From Candidatus Aenigmatarchaeota archaeon (GTDB lineage: Archaea; Aenigmatarchaeota; Aenigmatarchaeia; CG10238-14; SCSR01), in assembly GCA_014238095.1 (NCBI GenBank), contig JABABT010000017.1, forward strand, positions 1-61,482: a stretch of 61,482 bases of DNA, in the 5' to 3' direction. The notes beneath the pieces were generated by a model that worked only from the letters and a program-made list of their open reading frames with translations, was not told the origin of the DNA and ran no database searches. A program made the translations under genes and the position numbers. Shown piece after piece: positions 10,302 to 18,628 of the stretch. Position 1 is the first letter of the stretch; the number at the start of each line of letters is the position of its first letter.

Positions 10302-12809
10302 ATGTTAGATATAAATCCTATTAATTATAAGCTAAATTTTGAACCAAATTTTCAAAATTTCACATTTAAAGGAAAAGAAACAATTAAAGTAAATTTAAAA
10401 AAAAATGTGAAAAAAATAGTACTTAATTCAGCTGAATTAAAAATTAATGAATTATCTATAATTACAAAAAAAGGAGAAATTTCATCTAAATTCAAATTAA
10501 ATCCAAATAAAGAAGAATTATATATAGATTTTAATGATAAAATTTCTGGAGAAATTGAAATTAAAATTGATTTTGAAGGAATTCATAATGATAAAATGTC
10601 TGGTTTTTATAGAAGTTTACATAAATTTGATAATAAAATTTACAATATGGTAACAACTCAATTTGAAGCTGTTGATGCTAGAAGAGCATTTCCATGTTTT
10701 GATGAACCTAAAGCAAAAGCAACATTTGATATAGAATTATTAGTACCTACAGGTCTTCAAACTATTTCAAATATGCCAATAAAACAAAAGAAGAAGAAAA
10801 TAGGTAAAAATTTATTTATTTTTGATACAACTCCAATAATGTCAACATACCTTCTTTATTTAGGAGTTGGTGATTTTGATTATTTGGAAGATAATTTAAG
10901 AAAAACAAAAATGAGAGTTATTACACCAAAAGGTAAAAGAAATCAGGGAAAAATTGCATTAGATTTAGCAAAAAAATTCCTTAATTATTATGAAAATTAT
11001 TTCAAAATACCATTTCCACTTCCAAAAATAGATTTTATAGCTATACCTGATTTTGCATCTGGTGCAATGGAAAATTGGGGTGCAATAACATTTAGAGAAA
11101 TAGATTTACTTTTTGATGAAAAAAATTCTTCAAAAACAAATTTACATAGAATTGCTGAAGTAATTGCACATGAATTAGCACATCAATTGTTTGGTAACCT
11201 TGTAACAATGAAATGGTGGAATGATTTATGGTTGAATGAAAGTTTTGCAACATTTATGGCAACAAAAGCTGTAAATGATATATTTCCAGAATGGGAATTT
11301 GAAAATAATTTCATATTAGATTCAGTAAATTCTGGAATGAGATTAGATTCTTTAAAATCATCACATCCTATAAATGTCAAAGTAACAAATCCTTCAGAAG
11401 TTAATGAAATATTTGATGAAATTAGTTATGATAAAGGTGGAAGTATTTTAAGAATGTTAGAAGATTATATAGGAAAGGAAAATTTTAGAAATGGTTTGAA
11501 TATTTATTTAAATCGTCATAAATATGGAAATACCGAAACTAATGATTTATGGAAAAGTTTAACAGAAACATCTAAAAAACCAATAAAAGAAATAATGGAT
11601 ACTTGGATACAACAGGTTGGTTATCCTATTATTGAAACAAATTTAGAAGATTTAAAACTAACATTAAATCAAAAAAGATTTTTATCAATGGGTAATTCTT
11701 CAGGAAAAGAATCTTGGATGATTCCTTTATCAATAATAACTGAAGATAAATTTATATCAGATATTATGAAAACTAATAATTATAAATTAAATATTGATAA
11801 TAATACAAAATGGCTCAAAATAAATTTTGGCCAAAAAGGATTTTATAGAGTAAAATATGATAAAAAAAATATTGAAAAATTAAAAAATTTAATTGAAAAT
11901 AAACAAATAAATAACATAGATAGATGGGGTTTATGTTCTGATTTCTTCTCATTATCAATAGCAGGAGAATATGAATTAAAAGAATACTTAAATTTTATAG
12001 AATCATTTAGAAATGAAAAAGATTATCTTGTTCTTCTAGAATTAGGATCTAATTTATATTCAATTTTATTAAAAACATTTAATGAAAATTTTAGTGATAT
12101 AATAAAACAAGAAAATATTAAATTCTTTAGAAGAGTTCTTGATTATGTTGGATGGGATCCTATAAAAGAAGAGGAAATTTCTACAATTCCAATATTAAGA
12201 TCTCTATCAATAATTGTACTTGGGAAACTTGGAGATATGGAAGTAGTAAATGAAGCTAGAAGCAGATTTGATGAATATTTAAAAGATTCAAACACATTAA
12301 GACCAGATTTAAGAAATGCTGTATTTAGTTTAATTACATGGTATGGTAATGAAAAAACCCAAAAAATGTTTATAAATCTTTATAAAAATAGTGAATTAAG
12401 TGAAGAAAGAATAAGATATCTTTCAGCAATAAGTGGTTTTAAAGATAAAAAATTAATATTAAATTCACTTGATTTTAGTTTATCAAAATATGTAAGATCT
12501 CAGGATATTTTATTTGGTATAGCAAGGGTAGAATCAAATCCTTATGCAAAAGATTTAATATGGCCTTGGATGAAAAATAATTGGAAACTCATAAATATGA
12601 GGCTTGGGTCTTCTGTTTCTAATCTTGTAAAAAGAATAATTGGAACATTAGTTATAATAGATACTCTAAAAGAAGAAAAAGAAATTGAAGTTTTTTTCAA
12701 GAAAAATACTATTTCTGGAACTGAGATGGGAATAAAACAAACTCTTGAAAGAATTAAAATAGGACTTAATTTCTTAGATAGAATTAGAAAAGAATTTTCT
12801 CAATTATAA
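10302..12809 (+). CDS. M1 family aminopeptidase (aminopeptidase N / tricorn-interacting factor F3-like)
   Basis: 835 aa with 'GAMENWG' and 'HELAHQLFGNLVTMKWWNDLWLNESFA' (HExxH-x18-E). Confidence 0.9.
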   Translation: MLDINPINYKLNFEPNFQNFTFKGKETIKVNLKKNVKKIVLNSAELKINELSIITKKGEISSKFKLNPNKEELYIDFNDKISGEIEIKIDFEGIHNDKMSGFYRSLHKFDNKIYNMVTTQFEAVDARRAFPCFDEPKAKATFDIELLVPTGLQTISNMPIKQKKKKIGKNLFIFDTTPIMSTYLLYLGVGDFDYLEDNLRKTKMRVITPKGKRNQGKIALDLAKKFLNYYENYFKIPFPLPKIDFIAIPDFASGAMENWGAITFREIDLLFDEKNSSKTNLHRIAEVIAHELAHQLFGNLVTMKWWNDLWLNESFATFMATKAVNDIFPEWEFENNFILDSVNSGMRLDSLKSSHPINVKVTNPSEVNEIFDEISYDKGGSILRMLEDYIGKENFRNGLNIYLNRHKYGNTETNDLWKSLTETSKKPIKEIMDTWIQQVGYPIIETNLEDLKLTLNQKRFLSMGNSSGKESWMIPLSIITEDKFISDIMKTNNYKLNIDNNTKWLKINFGQKGFYRVKYDKKNIEKLKNLIENKQINNIDRWGLCSDFFSLSIAGEYELKEYLNFIESFRNEKDYLVLLELGSNLYSILLKTFNENFSDIIKQENIKFFRRVLDYVGWDPIKEEEISTIPILRSLSIIVLGKLGDMEVVNEARSRFDEYLKDSNTLRPDLRNAVFSLITWYGNEKTQKMFINLYKNSELSEERIRYLSAISGFKDKKLILNSLDFSLSKYVRSQDILFGIARVESNPYAKDLIWPWMKNNWKLINMRLGSSVSNLVKRIIGTLVIIDTLKEEKEIEVFFKKNTISGTEMGIKQTLERIKIGLNFLDRIRKEFSQL

Positions 12810-12857
12810 ACTTAACAAATATTTACTATAACAACTAATTTATATATTATATTTATC

Positions 12858-12933
12858 GGGCTTGTAGCTCAGTTTGGATTAGAGCTACTCCGTCCTAAGG
12901 AGAAGGTCATGGGTTCGAATCCCATCAAGCCCT
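12858..12933 (+). tRNA. tRNA-Arg (anticodon CCT)
   Basis: Hand-folded cloverleaf: GGGCTTG/TA/GCTC-AGTTTGGATTA-GAGC/T/ACTCC-GTCCTAA-GGAGA/AGGTC/ATGGG-TTCGAAT-CCCAT/CAAGCCC/T. There is one A-A mismatch at 27:43 and no encoded CCA. It is a GC-rich island in AT-rich DNA. Confidence 0.85.
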
Positions 12934-12936
12934 CTT

Positions 12937-13674
12937 ATGTTAGAAACAATATTATTTGGAATAATACAAGGTATTTTTGAATGGATACCATTATCAAGTG
13001 AAGCTATAATTATTTTGAGTACTAGTATTATACAAATATCTTCATCTCCAATCGAAGCTGCCTTGATTTTACATTTTGGAACTATATTGTCGATTTTAGT
13101 TTATTTTAGAAAATATTGTATCAAAATAATAACATTAAAAGATAAAAAAATATTAAAATTTTTAACAATATCTACAATAATTTCTCTTTTAATTGGTTTT
13201 CCAATATTCCTTTTATTAAAAGATTTTACACTTGGTCCAAACTTATTGATTTTAATGGGAATTGCGCTTTTAGTAACAGGATATATACGTAAAAATAATA
13301 AGAACATACATATTAAGAGTAAATACCTTCCATTTATTTCTGGAATTCTTCAAGGTTTATCTATTATACCAGGATTATCAAGATCTAGTTCAACAATATT
13401 TGGTTTATCACTTGGAATGAAAGATCCAAAAAAAATTTTAACAATATCTTATATTATGTCTGTTCCTGTTGTTTTAGTATCTACAATTTACTTATCAATA
13501 AATAATTTATTATTATTCAAGAATTTCTTACCAGGTATAGGTATTGCTTTTATAATTGGATTAATTACTCTTCATATAATTTTTTCAATAATTAACAAAA
13601 TCGATTTTTTCAAATTCATAATTATTTTTGCAATTTTATCTTTTATAGGTGCTGGAATTACAATTATAATTTAA
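12937..13674 (+). CDS. uppP: undecaprenyl/dolichyl-diphosphate phosphatase (BacA/UppP family)
   Basis: 245 aa and polytopic. 'GIIQGIFEWIPLSSEA' and 'PGLSRSSSTIFG' correspond to the two UppP motifs. The ATG lies 4 nt after the tRNA-Arg 3' end. Confidence 0.85.
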   Translation: MLETILFGIIQGIFEWIPLSSEAIIILSTSIIQISSSPIEAALILHFGTILSILVYFRKYCIKIITLKDKKILKFLTISTIISLLIGFPIFLLLKDFTLGPNLLILMGIALLVTGYIRKNNKNIHIKSKYLPFISGILQGLSIIPGLSRSSSTIFGLSLGMKDPKKILTISYIMSVPVVLVSTIYLSINNLLLFKNFLPGIGIAFIIGLITLHIIFSIINKIDFFKFIIIFAILSFIGAGITIII

Positions 13675-13817
13675 TATTTTCTCCCCATCAGACACAAGGT
13701 TGAAATCATCTTATATCATTCCGCCCTTCAATCTTCATATGGTTTAGAGATAATTTTTAATAAAAATCATTATAACATAGTATTTTTATTAGAATTAACA
13801 ATAATTAAAGGTAGAAT

Positions 13818-16800
13818 ATGAATTCAAAACCAATAATTACATTTTTTTTATCATTCATTATATTAATATTAATATCTACATCAGTTAATGCTATAACTTC
13901 AAATAATAATAATTTTGAAATTACTTCTAGTAAAATTTATCTTAATTTTAGTAATAATTATAGTTCAAATTTAACAATAAAAACAATAACTTCTTCTGCT
14001 ATTGAAATAAAAATTAATAATTTTACAAATGAATCAAAAATAAGAAATATTTATGGTCAAATTAATAATGAAAATTTCTGTGGTTTTGGTGGTGGATTTG
14101 CTCCTATTATTAAAAATTATGTTAATAATGAATTTAATAATGAATTTATAATGAACGGTAATAATGAAACTATTGTAACATTTTTATTGACAAAAGAATA
14201 TTTAAATTGTTCACCAGGTAAATATTCTGGAAAAATAGAAATTCAAAATAATAATCTTGTATCTGATAATTTAGAAATATATATTGATGTTGAAATACCT
14301 ATTATAGTAGACAATATATTTTATAATTTTTCTGGTATTAGAAATTTTGGAGGTAATTTTTACCAAAATAATGAATCACATTCATATTTTTTTAATACAT
14401 CATTAATTGATAATAAATATTTAACAATTAATTTAGATTCTAATGAAAATATAGATATTTTTATTTTAGACAAGGATAAAAATTTAATATATTCATTTTT
14501 TAAAAATTTAATGGAAAAAAAAATTGTGAAAAATATTACAGATTTTTATGGACCTTATGAAATTCGAATATATGGAAATGTTTCATCAAATTATAATGGT
14601 ACATTATCATTATCAACATTAGATGTAATTGGTGAGGAAAAATTAATTAAAAATGATTTATCTCCATTATATTCAATATCTGAAAATATTGAAATAAAAA
14701 ATATTGGAAATATTACACAAAATAATTTAAAAGAATATTCAGAAATATTTAATATAAATATAACTGAAAATTTAAATGGTAACAATACTTTTGATTTATA
14801 CGTTCCTGATTATGCAAATAAAGTAGAAGTATTAGTTGAATGGGAAAAAGATGGAAATAAAACTTATATTTTAGAATTATTCAATTCTAATAATGAAATT
14901 ATTGGAAAATCTTTTGATAATCATTTAAATTCAAATAATTCAAATATTACCAATTTTACACAAATTATTGAAACAAATAATATAATTAACGGTTTATGGA
15001 AAATATATATAAATACACCAGATTTAAATCCAACAAATTTCATTTTAAAGAAAAAAATATTTTTTAATACAGATAATTGGATTTCAACTAATTTTACTCA
15101 AAGATCATTTAATGAAAATGAAAGTGAAATTATACAAATAAATTTAACTTTAATGGAAGCTTTATATGGAAATTATGAAGGTTTTTTAGGTTATGAAAGT
15201 TTTAATAATTCTGATATAATTATACCAATTAAATTTAATATAAATACAGGTACTATAATTTTAAATAATAAATTTAATTCATCTATTTTATTATTAAATG
15301 ATAATATTGGTAAAAATTTTGAAAGAGAAGTAAAAATACCTTTTAAAAATTTAGGAAATGAAATTTTAAATTATACAATAAAATCAAATAATATATTAAA
15401 ATTAGAAAATAGAAATGAATATATTAATTTTAGTTTAAATTCATTAAATGGAGTAATAAATCCATTTGAAGAAATTGAAATAGAATTAATTTTAAATGTA
15501 AATACTTTAAATACAAAAAATGAAAAAGGAATTTATAATAGTTTATTAGAAATTAATTTTACAGAATCTTATCCATATAAATTACATATATTAGAAATTC
15601 AATTAAATTTAACAGATAATATATTAATTAATTTTACTGAAATAATTTATAAAGATAATCAAAATTCAATATTAGATAATACAATAGAAAATTATGTTAC
15701 ATTAAATTTTGAATTAAAATATTATAATGGAACAACATATATTGAAGAAGAATATATTGGTATTGATGACTTTACATTAAAATTACAACATTCAAATATA
15801 ACAACTGAAAATATTAATATTATTTCTTCAAATATTAATAATATTTTATTTAATAATAATTTATATAAAATTAATTTAACTATTCCAAAAAATATTAAAG
15901 GTGGATATTATAATTTAGAATTAAATTTTGAAAATGATAAAATTTTATCTGGAAATAGAATTTATCAAAATCAAATTGAAAAAGAAATATTAAAAATAAA
16001 TAATTCTAGTATTTTATTATATTCTAATTTTTCATCATGTGAATATAATAATCCAAAATGTGATATATCATATGATTTAGGTTTAAATGAAAAACTTGAT
16101 GTTTATGCATTTGTTACAAATTATGGATTAATAAATTCTAATTTTCTAATTAGTTTTAATGAGAATAATTGTAATGGATATAGATTAAGAGAAAAAATAG
16201 AATCCAATTGTACAAGTAATAGTTTTAATTCTCCAATTTGGAATATAAATAATTTAGAACCTCAAAATACTTGTTATATATCATGGAGAATAGAATCAAT
16301 AACTAAATCTGATTCATGTTATTCAAATATAGATACTTTAAATAATATAATATTTTTTGAAAATGATTTAAAATTAAATATAAAAGTAATTAATTTTACT
16401 TCTTCTAATGATATACTTATTTCTGATAGTAATTCAATATCAAGTAGTCTAATATCAAGTAATCCAATATCAAATATAATAAAATATTTAGAAATTATTA
16501 ACTTACAACCTATAATTAAAATTAATAGTGGAAATGAAATTTTATCAAATTTTACAATAAAAAATCTTAATAATTCCATAATACAAAAAGTAAAAATAAA
16601 TATTTTATTTGGTAATGGTATTAATATATCAATTGTACCAAAAGAATATATAATAAATCCTCTATCTTCAAAAAATATTAATTTTAGAATATATATTGAT
16701 AATAATTTAGAATCTGGAATATATAATGGAAATATTATAGTAAATAGTTCATATCAAAAAATAAACTCTACATTAAAATTAGAAGTTTTTAATGATTATA

Positions 16801-17237
16801 ATAATGAAACAAATATTCAAAAATCTGTTAAAATTTTAACAAATAAAATATTAAATTTAGAAAATTCAACAAATAATTTAGTAAAAAATTTATTAAATAT
16901 AAAATTTAATAAATTCCAAATAATAGTTATAATTTTTATTCCTGTTTCTACAATATTATTATTTATATTAACCCCAATTGAAAAACTAAAAGAAATAAAA
17001 TATAAAATATATTCTATTTTTAATAAAAAATATATACGGAAAAATAAATTAGAATTTATTGAATATGGAAAATTTAATCATAAAATTAGTATAAATGAAA
17101 TTAAATATAAAATATTTCCAATTAAAAAGAAAATTTGTAAATTACATAAATTTAAAAAAAGAAAAAATAATTTAATTAAATATAAAATAAATTTTAAAAA
17201 TATTTTAAAATTTCATAAATATAAAAATAAAAAATAA
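13818..17237 (+). CDS. large Asn-rich secreted surface protein with C-terminal TM anchor and Lys-rich cytoplasmic tail
   Basis: 1139 aa. Sec-type signal 'FFLSFIILILISTSVNA', very many N-x-S/T sequons (e.g. NFSNNYSSNLT), and a TM 'FQIIVIIFIPVSTILLFILTPI' followed by an 85-aa basic tail. No family recognised. Confidence 0.7.
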   Translation: MNSKPIITFFLSFIILILISTSVNAITSNNNNFEITSSKIYLNFSNNYSSNLTIKTITSSAIEIKINNFTNESKIRNIYGQINNENFCGFGGGFAPIIKNYVNNEFNNEFIMNGNNETIVTFLLTKEYLNCSPGKYSGKIEIQNNNLVSDNLEIYIDVEIPIIVDNIFYNFSGIRNFGGNFYQNNESHSYFFNTSLIDNKYLTINLDSNENIDIFILDKDKNLIYSFFKNLMEKKIVKNITDFYGPYEIRIYGNVSSNYNGTLSLSTLDVIGEEKLIKNDLSPLYSISENIEIKNIGNITQNNLKEYSEIFNINITENLNGNNTFDLYVPDYANKVEVLVEWEKDGNKTYILELFNSNNEIIGKSFDNHLNSNNSNITNFTQIIETNNIINGLWKIYINTPDLNPTNFILKKKIFFNTDNWISTNFTQRSFNENESEIIQINLTLMEALYGNYEGFLGYESFNNSDIIIPIKFNINTGTIILNNKFNSSILLLNDNIGKNFEREVKIPFKNLGNEILNYTIKSNNILKLENRNEYINFSLNSLNGVINPFEEIEIELILNVNTLNTKNEKGIYNSLLEINFTESYPYKLHILEIQLNLTDNILINFTEIIYKDNQNSILDNTIENYVTLNFELKYYNGTTYIEEEYIGIDDFTLKLQHSNITTENINIISSNINNILFNNNLYKINLTIPKNIKGGYYNLELNFENDKILSGNRIYQNQIEKEILKINNSSILLYSNFSSCEYNNPKCDISYDLGLNEKLDVYAFVTNYGLINSNFLISFNENNCNGYRLREKIESNCTSNSFNSPIWNINNLEPQNTCYISWRIESITKSDSCYSNIDTLNNIIFFENDLKLNIKVINFTSSNDILISDSNSISSSLISSNPISNIIKYLEIINLQPIIKINSGNEILSNFTIKNLNNSIIQKVKINILFGNGINISIVPKEYIINPLSSKNINFRIYIDNNLESGIYNGNIIVNSSYQKINSTLKLEVFNDYNNETNIQKSVKILTNKILNLENSTNNLVKNLLNIKFNKFQIIVIIFIPVSTILLFILTPIEKLKEIKYKIYSIFNKKYIRKNKLEFIEYGKFNHKISINEIKYKIFPIKKKICKLHKFKKRKNNLIKYKINFKNILKFHKYKNKK

Positions 17238-17244
17238 TTGAAAA

Positions 17245-17592
17245 TTATTTTCTACATAAACTACAACATTTTAATTTTTCTTTATCTGTTAAAATACTTT
17301 CATCTTTTAAAAATTTACATATATTTTGAATCTCAATAGGAGCATCACTTCCATTTGCTATATCTGATGCTGTTTTTTTTACAATATCCATAAGTTTTTC
17401 ATTTGTTTTCATTACATCTGTTTTATTACCTCTTATATTTCTTATATAATAAGAAATTGCTGGTTGTGTTACTCCAAGTTTTTTTGCTACTTCTATTTGA
17501 TTTAAATTATAATTATTAATCAATTCTTGTGTTATTAATGCTCTTATTGTAGGTAAGAAATCTGATATTATTATTTCACAAAATGTTTTCAT
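17245..17592 (-). CDS. HTH transcriptional regulator (small archaeal type)
   Basis: 115 aa. Helix-turn-helix 'LNQIEVAKKLGVTQPAISYYIRN' and a C-terminal 'CCSLC' cysteine cluster. Confidence 0.7.
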   Translation of the reverse strand: MKTFCEIIISDFLPTIRALITQELINNYNLNQIEVAKKLGVTQPAISYYIRNIRGNKTDVMKTNEKLMDIVKKTASDIANGSDAPIEIQNICKFLKDESILTDKEKLKCCSLCRK

Positions 17593-18016
17593 ATTATTTT
17601 ATTAATTATTTAAGTTTAAATATAAATATGTTATTAATTATATAAAAATTCTATTTATATATAATATTATTAACATAATAGAAATGGAAGTATAATATCT
17701 AGGTTTAAATATGTTTCAAAAAATAAATCAGAACCTAAAGAAAAAATAATTAATTATCATTTTATTAAGAATAATATTCCAAAATTAGCAATATCTATTC
17801 AAGGAGAAAATAAATTTAATTTATGTAAATGTTGGGAAAAGTCGATAATGAAATAAAGGTATTTATGATATATCAGTACCTAAATTTAAAAATTAAAATA
17901 ATTTACCTATAATAAAATGGGATAAAAATATTGTGAAAATAAAAAAAATATTGAAGATATTAATAAATATTTTACATATTAATTAGTTTTTATATTTTAA
18001 ATTTCATAATATTATA

Positions 18017-18568
18017 ATGATTAAAAATGATAAATGGATTAAGAAAATGGCAATTGAAAAGAAAATGATTAGTCCTTTTGAAAAAGAACAAATGAGAAAA
18101 AATGTTGTATCTTGGGGTGTTTCTTCATATGGTTATGATTTAAGAGTTTCAGATGAATTTAAAATTTTCACAAATATACATAATACAATTGTGGACCCAA
18201 AAAAATTTGATTCAAAATCATTTATAGATTTCAAAGGAGATGTATGTATAATACCTCCAAATTCTTTTGCACTTGCACGAAGTGTAGAATATTTTAAAAT
18301 TCCACGTAATGTTATGACAATATGTTTAGGTAAATCAACTTATGCTAGATGTGGAATAATTGTAAATGTGACACCATTTGAACCTGAATGGGAAGGATAT
18401 GTTACATTAGAAATATCAAACACAACTCCATTACCGGCAAAAATTTATTCAAATGAGGGACTTGCACAAGTTTTATTTTTTGAAGCTGATGAAGAGCCAG
18501 AAATATCTTATAAAGATAAAAAGGGTAAATATCAGTCTCAAACTGGAATTACAATTGCTAAAATTTGA
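18017..18568 (+). CDS. dcd: dCTP deaminase
   Basis: 183 aa with 'SSYGYDLRV', '[11 protein letters not shown]' and '[18 protein letters not shown]'. Confidence 0.9.
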   Translation: MIKNDKWIKKMAIEKKMISPFEKEQMRKNVVSWGVSSYGYDLRVSDEFKIFTNIHNTIVDPKKFDSKSFIDFKGDVCIIPPNSFALARSVEYFKIPRNVMTICLGKSTYARCGIIVNVTPFEPEWEGYVTLEISNTTPLPAKIYSNEGLAQVLFFEADEEPEISYKDKKGKYQSQTGITIAKI

Positions 18569-18628
18569 TTATATAATTCTTAATAAATATATATATATTT
18601 AATAATAAAATATCTAATTGAGATTATA

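Noticed and set aside
13681-13745. The GC-rich island as a split-tRNA half or tRNA remnant.
   Set aside because: There is no T-arm (GGTTCRAATCC-like) or acceptor-stem complementarity on either strand. It is kept only as a weak C/D-like sRNA candidate.
16436-16480. A 3 x 15-nt imperfect tandem repeat (AATATCAAGTAGTCT / AATATCAAGTAATCC / AATATCAAATATAAT) in the surface-protein gene. I considered it as a VNTR or as a variable region of a diversity-generating retroelement.
   Set aside because: There are only three diverged in-frame copies encoding a Ser-rich linker (ISSSL ISSNP ISNII). No reverse transcriptase or template repeat occurs anywhere in the window.
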